Below are positions 9,421 through 18,245 of a DNA stretch of 50,452 bases, piece by piece (position 1 is the first letter of the stretch; each line of letters begins with the position of its first letter). Position numbers and translations under genes: made by a program. Source of the DNA: Oscillospiraceae bacterium (GTDB lineage: Bacteria; Bacillota; Clostridia; Oscillospirales; CAG-272); the NCBI GenBank assembly GCA_015063455.1, contig SVUC01000002.1, forward strand, positions 1-50,452, written 5' to 3'. The notes under the pieces are model-generated. The model was not told the origin of the DNA. It saw nothing but the letters and a program-made list of their open reading frames with translations, and ran no database searches.

Positions 9421-10358
9421 GAGAAATTGATTTTCTTGATGCAGTTGGTCGTGTAGATCAGAAGTATATTGATGAATGTGTAAGCTTTTGGGTCGCTTTC
9501 AAGGAGGGAGAGAAAGCTTCCATCAAAAGAAAAACAAAAAAACGCCCTCTGATCGTTCTGATTGCGGCGATATCACTGATTCTTCTTTTGTCATTAGCCG
9601 CAGGGGCAAAATATTTGCCGAATTTCAGCGATGTACTATCCGAGTATCTCGGCATACTCACCGATCGGGAAGAGGATCTCTCTCGTGCGGTATGTGAGAT
9701 CAATCAAAGTCAGACTTATGAAAATCTGACCGTAACCGTCGAGCAGGCATTCGGAGACGCGCACGCAGCCTATATTCTCGTAACCGCCTCTCTTCCCGGC
9801 GAGTCTTTGGCAGACGGAAAATTCATTGATCCGATCCTCAAATGCAGCTTTGACGGAAGTTATAACTGTACCCTCGTTTCGTATGACGAAGAAACCTTGA
9901 CTCAGACTTACATCATTGAAATAATATCCTCAAACAAAAAGCTGACAGGCAAAAGGATTGACCTTGAATTCGGAAGCTTTTTCTGTGGAAACCCTATGCA
10001 GAAAATAAACGGCAACTGGAAATTCTCGTTCAAGCTTGATTTTGACGATCTGTCAAAATCAATTACTGTCAACAAAAAAATTGACGATAAGATCACAGTA
10101 AGATCCGTATGGTTCTCCCCCGCTTCAATTATTATTTATGTCGACGGACTCCCTGAAGAAATGAGACGGCTCGACGATTTTGATGTAATTCTTACAGACG
10201 GAGAAAAAGCTGATTTATCGAAATATCAGGTCGTCGGTGATATTCCGTCCGGAAGTACAACTCCGATATTCTCACAATGCAACACTCTCATTGATCCCGA
10301 AGATGTGAAATGTATCATTGTAAACGGCGTCGAGATCAGCCTCGGTGACACTGAGTAA
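9417..10358 (+). CDS. Putative anti-sigma factor, single-pass membrane protein (DUF4179-like ectodomain)
   Basis: ATGA overlap with the sigma gene. N-terminal motif FLDAVGRVDQKYI, TM helix LIVLIAAISLILLLSLAAG, and a roughly 240-aa extracytoplasmic part. Confidence 0.7.
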   Translation: MREIDFLDAVGRVDQKYIDECVSFWVAFKEGEKASIKRKTKKRPLIVLIAAISLILLLSLAAGAKYLPNFSDVLSEYLGILTDREEDLSRAVCEINQSQTYENLTVTVEQAFGDAHAAYILVTASLPGESLADGKFIDPILKCSFDGSYNCTLVSYDEETLTQTYIIEIISSNKKLTGKRIDLEFGSFFCGNPMQKINGNWKFSFKLDFDDLSKSITVNKKIDDKITVRSVWFSPASIIIYVDGLPEEMRRLDDFDVILTDGEKADLSKYQVVGDIPSGSTTPIFSQCNTLIDPEDVKCIIVNGVEISLGDTE

Positions 10359-10365
10359 CCGACAT

Positions 10366-11214
10366 TCAATTTATACTCAAACGATATTTACGGGGGGATA
10401 TTCCCATTTTCGAGCAAAATGCGCGATAGAATGAGGAATAATCCCCCCATCCACACTCAAGCGCGATCGTCAGCATTGATTTACTACTCTCGCGCAGCAT
10501 AACTCTTGCACGGTTAACACGCAGTTCGGCAAGATATGATTGGAAGCTCTGCCCAGTAGTTTTCAAAAACATCCTTGAAAAAGTTGAGTGTGAAAAATGA
10601 AATCTGCTCAGAAGCTCGTCAACGCAAATAGGCTCGCAAAAGTGAGCATTCACATAAGCAATACAGTCTTGAATTCCGTAATCAGATCGAACTGTTGATA
10701 TTTCACCCGCAGAATATGTCCTCGCAAAAATGACAAGAAGGGCTGAGAGCAGACCGCGAAGTGTGCACTCCCATCCCGCAAGCTGTTCTTCAAATTCTAT
10801 GAGTGCGTAGTCGAAAAGGCTTCTTACCCCTTGTATCCTGTCCTCTTTCAGAGTAAACTTCAGCATCGTATTTTCGGGAGTCAGCATATCAAAAAATCCT
10901 TTTACAGTTGGATTCTCAGAGATACTTTCTCCAAGAAAATCTGACTGAAATGAAAAGGAATAAAACACCGTGGACTCACTTCCGTTTGAGATACGATGAT
11001 TAAACCTCGGGGGAATAATAAAGCAATCCCCTGCCCCAAGTGACACGCTTTTCTTTTCCGTATGATGTATAAGCTTACCCTTTATGATGAAATATATCTG
11101 ATAAAAATCGTGGTAGTGAAGAGTTTTCGCGTGCTGTGTACCTTTTGATGCATGTATATTACACATTTTGTTGCTGACAGGACCGTATTCCATTGATAGA
11201 TATCTTGCTTCCAT
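10366..11214 (-). CDS. AraC family transcriptional regulator (cupin sensor plus HTH)
   Basis: RBS AGGAGGTG. N-terminal cupin-like HYHDFYQIYFI...PPRFNH and a C-terminal AraC HTH (ALECGWGDYSSFYRAFCSKMGISPRKYR). Confidence 0.88.
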   Translation of the reverse strand: MEARYLSMEYGPVSNKMCNIHASKGTQHAKTLHYHDFYQIYFIIKGKLIHHTEKKSVSLGAGDCFIIPPRFNHRISNGSESTVFYSFSFQSDFLGESISENPTVKGFFDMLTPENTMLKFTLKEDRIQGVRSLFDYALIEFEEQLAGWECTLRGLLSALLVIFARTYSAGEISTVRSDYGIQDCIAYVNAHFCEPICVDELLSRFHFSHSTFSRMFLKTTGQSFQSYLAELRVNRARVMLRESSKSMLTIALECGWGDYSSFYRAFCSKMGISPRKYRLSIN

Positions 11215-11305
11215 ATTACACCTCCTAAGTTTATTTTATTCTAACACAAATTGAATAAAAATGCAATTATATTGACATAAAACGCAATAATATCGCAGTT
11301 CCGTG

Positions 11306-11314
11306 TGGTATAAT
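11306..11314 (+). promoter_or_regulatory. Candidate extended -10 promoter element (TGgTATAAT) for the FAD oxidoreductase gene
   Basis: TGGTATAAT lies 35 nt upstream of ATG 11349. I see no good -35 box. Confidence 0.4.
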
Positions 11315-11348
11315 TGACGCATCAAGTAAATAATGTGAGGTCAATTAT

Positions 11349-12674
11349 ATGAAGCATTACGATGTAGTTGTAGTAGGCGGCGGAACTGCAGGCGCTATTG
11401 CCGCAATCGCTTCTGCGCGAAACAATGCAAAAACTCTTGTTGTTGAGAGATACGGTCATCTCGGTGGAACAGCAGTGTCGGGAATTCCGTTCCTCGGTGT
11501 ACTTTCGGGAAACGGGAAAATGGTGAACACAGGGCTGACAGAAGAATTATTCACTCGTCTCGAGGAAGACGGATTCTCTTTCGGTATCGCAAGAAACGCT
11601 TACTGGAACACCCCCGATTCCCCTGAGACTTATGAATTCAATCTTCTTCCGTTCGATCCCGAAGGCCTGAAATATGTTCTTCAGGAAATGCTGTGCGAAG
11701 CAGGAGGAGAGATCCTCTACTATTCCACACTTTCCGATGTGAAAATGGAGAATGGCCGTCTTCGTGAGATCGAAGTATGCAGTCATACTTCAAAAGAATG
11801 GCTCTCGGCAGATGTTTTCATTGACTGCACAGGGGACGCAAGTCTTGTAAACTATTGCGGTGGAGAGTTTATTGAAAAACAGCACGTTCAGAACAGCTCT
11901 ATTCTGTTCCATCTCGGAAATGTTGATTTTGAAGCTTTCAGAAACGAGCTTGAAAACGGTGATCGAGTTCTCGGAAAAGGAACTTGGCACACTCGAGTTG
12001 TAAGAAAATCAAAATCAAGCGGTGTGCCGGAAACTCTCGTTCACATGGCGGGACACCTGCGTCCGTTCGATGATGACCGCACAGTTACTTTCACAGCGGT
12101 ATCCTACAGAGACGGTGAGATCTATCTGAACGCAAGCCGAGTCCCCGGAATCGACGGAACGGATCCTTGGCAGATGACATACGGTGAGATCGCCGAGAGA
12201 CGAAACGTTATGAATCTTGTACGCGCAATGAAAAAGAATGTTCCCGGATTTGAGAATGTATCTCTTCTCTCCACCTCCCCTCTCGGGATCCGTGAAAGCA
12301 GAAACATTGTCGGAGACTACATCATCACAAGGGACGATGTCCTCTCGGGAGCTGAATTCGATGACGGCGTTGCTCGCGGCGCATACCCGATCGACATTCA
12401 CGATCCCAAGGGCGGTAAAACACAGTTCCAGTTCATCAAGGATGGAAAGGGATATGAGATTCCCTTCAGAGCTATGCTTCCGAAAAATATCGAAGGTGTC
12501 ATCACTGCAGGAAGATGTATAAGTGCGGATCACAACGCGATCGGTACAGTCAGAATTATGGGCTGTTGTCTGCATCAAGGTGTTGCAGCAGGTGTTGCGG
12601 CAGCGATGTGCATAAAGGAAAACAAGCTTCCACGCGAACTCAACGGCGCTGAGCTCAAAAAAATATTACTGTAA
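11349..12674 (+). CDS. FAD-dependent oxidoreductase (PF12831-like)
   Basis: N-terminal dinucleotide fold YDVVVVGGGTAGAIAAIASA, 441 aa, RBS GAGG. It is divergent from the AraC gene. Confidence 0.85.
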   Translation: MKHYDVVVVGGGTAGAIAAIASARNNAKTLVVERYGHLGGTAVSGIPFLGVLSGNGKMVNTGLTEELFTRLEEDGFSFGIARNAYWNTPDSPETYEFNLLPFDPEGLKYVLQEMLCEAGGEILYYSTLSDVKMENGRLREIEVCSHTSKEWLSADVFIDCTGDASLVNYCGGEFIEKQHVQNSSILFHLGNVDFEAFRNELENGDRVLGKGTWHTRVVRKSKSSGVPETLVHMAGHLRPFDDDRTVTFTAVSYRDGEIYLNASRVPGIDGTDPWQMTYGEIAERRNVMNLVRAMKKNVPGFENVSLLSTSPLGIRESRNIVGDYIITRDDVLSGAEFDDGVARGAYPIDIHDPKGGKTQFQFIKDGKGYEIPFRAMLPKNIEGVITAGRCISADHNAIGTVRIMGCCLHQGVAAGVAAAMCIKENKLPRELNGAELKKILL

Positions 12675-12680
12675 AAACAC

Positions 12681-12709
12681 AGAACGTCAGTTATCTGACG
12701 TTCTTTTTT
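12681..12709 (+). terminator. Rho-independent terminator
   Basis: Perfect 10-bp stem agaacgtcag / ctgacgttct with loop ttat, followed by a T5 run. Confidence 0.85.
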
Positions 12710-12751
12710 ATGTAGTTCTGTTCAGTTATGTGTATAGTAACTTTATCTCAA

Positions 12752-13285
12752 TTATCGTCTCCTGATCCTGAAAAGTCCAACCACAGATAATACTATCGCA
12801 ATCACAGCAAAGATGCTGCCGAAATTGTTGTCAGCAGTCGCCACAACCATCTGTGTCGGTCCTGCACTTCCGCCTATCACCCCAAGCGCTTCATCAATTG
12901 ATTTCGAAGCATAATAAATGGAAATATGAATGATTCCTTCTTTTATGAGCAAAATAGAAGCGACAACAATCACAGCAATCAGCACACCGCGTATGATTTT
13001 TCGTCTTCTCTCATTCTGCAGTGCAAACTGCTCATTCAACACTTCAAGTCTGGCGGCTATCTCTTTGATCTCCGTGATCTCCTCCTCGCCCTCTGTTTCT
13101 CCGAGAAGGACACTTACAGATGTGTCAAGTTCTTCCGCTATTCTTATAAGAAGCTCGCTGTCCGGCACAGAGAGTCCTCTCTCCCACTTTGAAACAGTCT
13201 GTCTGACAACATTAAGGTCGATTGCAAGCTCTTCCTGTGACAGACCTTTTGCTATTCTAAAATCTCGTATGTTTTTGCTAAGCAT
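12752..13285 (-). CDS. XRE family HTH regulator with C-terminal membrane segments
   Basis: HTH_3 pattern LSQEELAIDLNVVRQTVSKWERG, and two hydrophobic segments in the C-terminal half. RBS GGAGAA. Confidence 0.85.
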   Translation of the reverse strand: MLSKNIRDFRIAKGLSQEELAIDLNVVRQTVSKWERGLSVPDSELLIRIAEELDTSVSVLLGETEGEEEITEIKEIAARLEVLNEQFALQNERRRKIIRGVLIAVIVVASILLIKEGIIHISIYYASKSIDEALGVIGGSAGPTQMVVATADNNFGSIFAVIAIVLSVVGLFRIRRR

Positions 13286-13384
13286 AATTTGTTCTCCGTT
13301 TTCTTTGAATGGTACGGTTTAATTATATATAAAATCAACACATAATTCAAGCAACGGAAATTAACATCGCGCAATTCTCCCTGT

Positions 13385-13735
13385 TCAGTTCCACATCATA
13401 CTTTGTGTAAGATTATAGGCGATCGTCAAAGATACTGCAAAAACGGCAAACGTATAAAGTATGCGCATCCAAATTTTCGGCAGCTTTACAGAAATAAATC
13501 CGCCGATCACGGTTGAACACAAAGCCACACACGCCCAAAATACTGCTGTGATATCGTTGGCGTTTATGTCATTTTCAATAATGTTGCCGAACTCGTCGAT
13601 CTTCGGACAGCCGCATCCGAATATATCAACGATGTATTCGGAATTGAGATAACTGTACGGGACAACAAGAACAGCGAAAAGAATGATTGGCAAAATCAAA
13701 AAAATAATCGTTTTAAGATTCAATTCTTTGTTCAT
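13385..13735 (-). CDS. Small three-TM membrane protein with GCGCP motif (copy A; paralog of 16251..16604)
   Basis: 116 aa. A central 46-aa block (IFGCGCPKIDEFGNIIENDINANDITAVFWACVALCSTVIGGFISV) is identical to the block in copy B. Confidence 0.75.
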   Translation of the reverse strand: MNKELNLKTIIFLILPIILFAVLVVPYSYLNSEYIVDIFGCGCPKIDEFGNIIENDINANDITAVFWACVALCSTVIGGFISVKLPKIWMRILYTFAVFAVSLTIAYNLTQSMMWN

Positions 13736-13962
13736 TATAAAATCTCCTGTATATACTTTCCTTCATGTACATCTCGGAATTTTTCGTGTATCACCGAAAT
13801 ATCCATATCCGAGAGATACCCTTTTTCATATGCCTCTGGGAACGTGAAGAACTCTCCGTCGTGCAAAGCGAGTATTCGGTTTCCGTCGATATATCTGAAT
13901 TCCCATCCCGGCGGAACAAAAAGAAACGTAAGAAGTAAACCGATATTTTTTCTCATAGTCAT
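13735..13962 (-). pseudogene. Remnant of a lipoprotein gene (internal-deletion derivative of a 16601..17662 paralog)
   Basis: The 75-aa ORF joins a signal-peptide-like MRKNIGLLLTFLF, which lacks a lipobox Cys, directly to GWEFRYIDGNRI...QEIL. That tail matches the last ~55 aa of the 353-aa lipoprotein. Confidence 0.6.
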
Positions 13963-13991
13963 TCACCTTTTCCTGTAAAGGTCTGTTCATT

Positions 13992-14017
13992 TATATACTC
14001 GCAAAACAATCCGTTTC
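13992..14017 (-). promoter_or_regulatory. Candidate ECF-type promoter (minus strand GAAAC-N15-TATATA), twin of 18835..18860
   Basis: The minus strand reads GAAAC ggattGTTTTGCGAG TATATA. The 16-nt block GTTTTGCGAGTATATA is identical to the one upstream of the sigma gene at 18799. Confidence 0.5.
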
Positions 14018-14107
14018 GTTTCTGAATTATTAAAATTTTTCCAAACACTGAATCCATTATTAATTATACAACAAACATCATCCGAAATTCAACAGAAAAT
14101 ATCCAAC

Positions 14108-14136
14108 TTGATTTTTTATAATGAATATGTTATAAT
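14108..14136 (+). promoter_or_regulatory. Sigma-A type promoter (TTGATT-17 nt-TATAAT)
   Basis: TTGATT at 14108-14113 and TATAAT at 14131-14136. RBS AGAGGA precedes ATG 14175. Confidence 0.6.
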
Positions 14137-14174
14137 TATCAAAAAATAATGGGTATTGACAAAAGAGGAATCAA

Positions 14175-16046
14175 ATGGAAAAAGCTCGCGTAATTGTTCT
14201 TACAGATATAGGACCATGGGATGCAGAACCTGATGATGCGCAGTCTCTTGTAAGACTGATGCTCTATTCAAATGAGTATGACATAGAGGGTATAATTCCA
14301 AACGCTTCCTGGTGTGGTCCTGATACAAGTGACGATGGATATATTCAAAGGATCGTGGATGTAGTTAAAATATACGGTGAAGTACGTGACAATCTCGCGT
14401 CTCACGCCGACGGATACCCTTCTGTAGATTCTATTATGTCAAAAATAAAGCGCGGAACAGCATATGTTAACATGAAACGCCGTGACCTTAAACTATCGTC
14501 AAAACCCTCTCCTGAGGAAAAGCTTTTTGCAATCGGACGGTACGCAGGAGACACCTCCGCAGAAAAAAACATCGGTGTCGGTCTGTCAAATGAAGGTTCG
14601 GATCTGATAATTAATTCTCTGCGCAATAATGATCCGCGTCCTCTTTGGATACTTCTTTGGGGTGGATGCGGTACGCTTGCTCAAGCTCTGCACGATCTAA
14701 TGACCGCAGACGAAGATGAGGCTCATTGTCTTGCTCAAAAACTCAGAGTTTACGATATTCACGGTCAGGACGACTGCGGGGCTTGGATATGCAAAAATTT
14801 CCCCGAAATAAAATGGCATCGTGCTACAACGAGCTTCTGGGGATTTTCTGAATCCCCTGCACGTTGGGGATATAACATCGGTTCGATTGAATGTGTAAAA
14901 GGAGCTTGGCTTGAAAAAAACATCCGCCGCGGACCTTTTGCGCGTGTATATCCTCATACACATTATGGTCTTGAAACTGACTCTCCATCAATTCTTGCTA
15001 TGATTCCGAACGGTCTTACAAACCGTGACCATCTCGAATGGGGTGGTTGGGCAGGACGTTTTTCACGTATTCCTTTCCCCGATGTCCCTGCTGAATTTTT
15101 CACTAAAACGTATCTGTATGAAGAAAAAGGATACCGTATGTACAAGGATGAGACAGATACTTATACATACAGTTCAACAGGCACTGTATTCAAAGATACT
15201 TTTGCTTCTGTTGAGCGTTGGAAAGAAGATTACCAGAATGATATGGCAGCTCGAATTGAGTGGACACTCACCTCTGACAGATCAGCTTGCTGTCATAATC
15301 CGATTGCTGTTCTCAATGGAGACCAGACAAAAGATGAGGTAATCATCAATGCAAAAGCAGGAGACGATATTTCCCCTGATCTCAGCGGAAGCTATGATCC
15401 CGACGGAAATACGCTGAGATATAGGTGGTACTGTTACGGTGAAGCTGGAACTTACAACGGAGATATTACTATTTATAATCCAAACAGTCCAAACCCAACA
15501 ATACATATTCCCCCAAATGCAGAACATGAAGAAATACACATTATTGCAGAGGTATCAAATCACGGACACATTCCCCTGAAGAGTTACCGACGTCTGATTA
15601 TCAGAACGGGTTCAACAGGAATTAAAGGCAGTTATTCGTTTGTGAATGACGATATGTTCACATACGAAGGTAACTGGACACACGAAATGAATCAATTCGG
15701 ATGTTTATATGGTGACTGTCATGTAAGCTCTGAGGCAAAATCTACCGCAACACTGAAATTCAGCGGATGCAGAATAATGCTTATCGCAAATGCGTATGAA
15801 ACAAACGGTATCGCAAAAATAAATATCGATGGAAAAGAATACGGGACGGTTGATTTCTACTCGCAATTCAAGCATCCGCAGAACCAATACGTTGTAAATG
15901 GTGCAACTTCCGTGTATACAACGCAATATCTGAGTCCATATTTTGAAAACGGTGAGCATACGCTTATCATTACAGTAACAAGAGAGAAAAACTTACTCGC
16001 AAAAGGTTCCGATATAATAATTGATGGTACGGTGATTTTTGAATAA
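14175..16046 (+). CDS. DUF1593-like (nucleoside-hydrolase-like fold) protein with C-terminal beta-sandwich or carbohydrate-binding-like domains; no signal peptide
   Basis: N-terminus ARVIVLTDIGPWDAEPDDAQSLVRLMLYSNEYDIEGII matches the DUF1593 signature as I recall it. 623 aa. Confidence 0.75.
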   Translation: MEKARVIVLTDIGPWDAEPDDAQSLVRLMLYSNEYDIEGIIPNASWCGPDTSDDGYIQRIVDVVKIYGEVRDNLASHADGYPSVDSIMSKIKRGTAYVNMKRRDLKLSSKPSPEEKLFAIGRYAGDTSAEKNIGVGLSNEGSDLIINSLRNNDPRPLWILLWGGCGTLAQALHDLMTADEDEAHCLAQKLRVYDIHGQDDCGAWICKNFPEIKWHRATTSFWGFSESPARWGYNIGSIECVKGAWLEKNIRRGPFARVYPHTHYGLETDSPSILAMIPNGLTNRDHLEWGGWAGRFSRIPFPDVPAEFFTKTYLYEEKGYRMYKDETDTYTYSSTGTVFKDTFASVERWKEDYQNDMAARIEWTLTSDRSACCHNPIAVLNGDQTKDEVIINAKAGDDISPDLSGSYDPDGNTLRYRWYCYGEAGTYNGDITIYNPNSPNPTIHIPPNAEHEEIHIIAEVSNHGHIPLKSYRRLIIRTGSTGIKGSYSFVNDDMFTYEGNWTHEMNQFGCLYGDCHVSSEAKSTATLKFSGCRIMLIANAYETNGIAKINIDGKEYGTVDFYSQFKHPQNQYVVNGATSVYTTQYLSPYFENGEHTLIITVTREKNLLAKGSDIIIDGTVIFE

Positions 16047-16108
16047 TGTAATCTTAAATTATTGAATTATTGTAATTAAGCGCAAGACTTGATTGATATA
16101 CAATAAAA

Positions 16109-16134
16109 GCGGAGATTAAATATCTCCGCTTTTT
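16109..16134. terminator. Bidirectional hairpin terminator
   Basis: Stem gcggagat / atctccgc with loop taaat, flanked by an A-run on the 5' side and a T-run on the 3' side. Confidence 0.75.
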
Positions 16135-16247
16135 GAATTAGCAAACTTTAATCTTCATGTTCATCATAAAAGTTATGTCATGTCTGTTTAACAATTAAAA
16201 ACGTAATCCTTTCCGCCTCAGGAAAGTCCGATCACAAAGTAAGCGAA

Positions 16248-16800
16248 TGTTCAGTTCCACATCATACTTTGTGTAAGATTGTACGCGATAAACATAGACA
16301 CTATAAAGACAGCTGACGTATAGAGTATACGCATCCAAACTTTAGGAAGCCTTACAGAAATAAATCCGCCGATCACGGTTGAGCACAACGCCACACACGC
16401 CCAAAATACTGCTGTGATATCGTTGGCGTTTATATCGTTTTCAATAATATTTCCGAACTCATCTATCTTCGGGCATCCGCATCCGAATATTTCAACGAGG
16501 TATTCGGAATTTATATAGTTGTACGGAACAACGAGAATAGCAAACAAAACAATCGGTAAAAGAAAAACAAGAATTGTTTTAGAACTTATTCGTTTATTCA
16601 TCATAAGATCTCCTGCATATACATTTCTTCATGCATTTCGCGGAACTTTTCGTGAATCGTTGAGAGGTCAGAATCTGTGAGATATCCTTTTTCGTATGCT
16701 TCGGAAAGGGTATAAAACTCACCCTCATACAGAACAATAATACGGTTTCCGTCAATATATCTGAATTCCCATCCGCCGACTTCTTCACTCCATAGCACAG
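16248..16800 (-). repeat. Segmental duplicate B: the 3' block of the intact operon, matching copy A
   Basis: Similarity starts 3-4 nt before the stop codons (gttcagttccacatcatactttgtgtaagatt is identical in both). It ends after atatctgaattcccatcc. Confidence 0.7.
16251..16604 (-). CDS. Small three-TM membrane protein with GCGCP motif (copy B)
   Basis: 117 aa, about 80 percent identical to 13385..13735. ATGA overlap with the upstream lipoprotein gene. Confidence 0.78.
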   Translation of the reverse strand: MMNKRISSKTILVFLLPIVLFAILVVPYNYINSEYLVEIFGCGCPKIDEFGNIIENDINANDITAVFWACVALCSTVIGGFISVRLPKVWMRILYTSAVFIVSMFIAYNLTQSMMWN

Positions 16801-17662
16801 CTATGTGATCAAATGCATCTATCATTCCTACGATCGCCCCGCTTGCAAATTCTCCGTAATACTCGCGGACGCTGACCAATTCTGCTTCAGGATTCGCTGT
16901 CCAATATGTCTCAATCAAAATACCGTAATTCATATCTGGCAAAAATCCGTCGTATGTCTTGAAATCGATCACAACCGGCTCGTCAGGCATCACGAACGAA
17001 AACTGCCAATAATCGTCCCCTTCCGAGTAAGAATCATTTCCAAGCGGCTTACCGTTTACAAAGAAAATATATCCTACATCGTAAGCCTTTGATATCTTTA
17101 CCTCAACCGTCTCACCGAAATCATATGCCCCGTCAAGCGACTCATAAAGCCATTCGGGATCATTCATTGTTAAAGTGTGTCTGACCTTATCCCAAGCCGG
17201 AGATCTTACATCAAACTCAAACCACACCGTACAAGAGACAGAATTATCCGAGCTTTTATTCGGATCTTCAGGCAAGCTTACCACACAGCTTGTTCTAAGT
17301 CTGTATGTTCCGTTTTTTGAGAGATCAAAAAACTCGGTAGTGTACGTCTTTTCTTCAGTACTGTAAGGCTTTAATATATGTCCGATCTCTCTGAACTCCA
17401 CGTCGGCAGTCCGGGTTTCCGTCCACTCATCTCCGTCTTTATACTCGATTGTATAGTATTCACCGAATATGACTCTGTATCCCGTTTCGTTATACCATTT
17501 TACCTGAAGTCCCTTCTCATCTTCTGTATCATCAATTGATTCAAGGGTAATATACACACCGACATAATCTGTATGAATTTTATCTGTGTCAATAATTCTT
17601 TTCCTTGCACATCCTGTGAGCAGGACAAAAAATACTATAAGAATAATCGTTATTTTCTTCAT
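16601..17662 (-). CDS. Putative lipoprotein of unknown function
   Basis: Signal peptide with lipobox (VLLTGC). 353 aa. Third gene of the module 2 sigma operon. Confidence 0.75.
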   Translation of the reverse strand: MKKITIILIVFFVLLTGCARKRIIDTDKIHTDYVGVYITLESIDDTEDEKGLQVKWYNETGYRVIFGEYYTIEYKDGDEWTETRTADVEFREIGHILKPYSTEEKTYTTEFFDLSKNGTYRLRTSCVVSLPEDPNKSSDNSVSCTVWFEFDVRSPAWDKVRHTLTMNDPEWLYESLDGAYDFGETVEVKISKAYDVGYIFFVNGKPLGNDSYSEGDDYWQFSFVMPDEPVVIDFKTYDGFLPDMNYGILIETYWTANPEAELVSVREYYGEFASGAIVGMIDAFDHIAVLWSEEVGGWEFRYIDGNRIIVLYEGEFYTLSEAYEKGYLTDSDLSTIHEKFREMHEEMYMQEIL

Positions 17663-17663
17663 A

Positions 17664-18245
17664 TCAATCCCCCCAGATCATTGTCATAAGATCACCAAGC
17701 TCCGCTTCGGTGAGAATGAATATCTTCCCCGTTGACAAATTGGTCAATATATTTCCGCTGAGTCTGTACTGAAGAACATTTCCCTCTTGATGAATCAGTC
17801 TGATCATATACTCGCTCTCTTCGGTTTCAGGCTTCGTATCTAAAGATTCATTCGACACAGTTGTATCATCAGCCTTATCCGCAATACTTGATTCCGGTAC
17901 CGTATCACCTGTGAAATTCATAATCATCTCGACAATACTTTTAACGGTATTGTAATCTGAGTACATTTTTGTGTCATCACTGCCGACGACCTCGACAGTT
18001 GAGTAAACATACTCGAAATGTATTGCCTCGGAGTTATCATTCCAACCGTGCTGCCGCGTATCTTCTGACTCAGCACCTTTGAAAGAAATAAAGACAATCG
18101 GAAACAAAAACATCAGAATAAAACACGCGGCGACTCCGGACAAAGCATAAATTATCGCCCTGTTCGGCTTTCGTTTTTCTTTCGCTGACTTTATGATATC
18201 ATCGTCTATTTCACCGATCGCATCAAGAATGTCTTCTGCTCTCAT
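17664..18245 (-). CDS. Putative anti-sigma factor, single-pass membrane protein
   Basis: ATGA overlap with the sigma gene. N-terminal motif ILDAIGEIDDDII resembles the module 1 partner. TM helix IIYALSGVAACFILMFLFPIVFI. Confidence 0.7.
   Translation of the reverse strand: MRAEDILDAIGEIDDDIIKSAKEKRKPNRAIIYALSGVAACFILMFLFPIVFISFKGAESEDTRQHGWNDNSEAIHFEYVYSTVEVVGSDDTKMYSDYNTVKSIVEMIMNFTGDTVPESSIADKADDTTVSNESLDTKPETEESEYMIRLIHQEGNVLQYRLSGNILTNLSTGKIFILTEAELGDLMTMIWGD

Larger units (their letters stand above)
13382..14017 (-). repeat. Segmental duplicate A: collapsed copy of the sigma module 2 operon
   Basis: By eye about 80 percent nucleotide identity to 16248..~16800. The 5' end of the remnant ORF resembles the lipoprotein signal-peptide coding region at ~17620-17662. 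The leader and promoter (13963..14017) align with 18800..18860. Confidence 0.7.

Noticed and set aside
13382-16800. Direct repeats flanking the DUF1593-like gene, considered as a composite mobile element.
   Set aside because: The window contains no transposase, integrase or recombinase gene. There are no terminal inverted repeats or target-site duplications. The repeats are diverged (~80 percent identical) operon fragments rather than IS copies.
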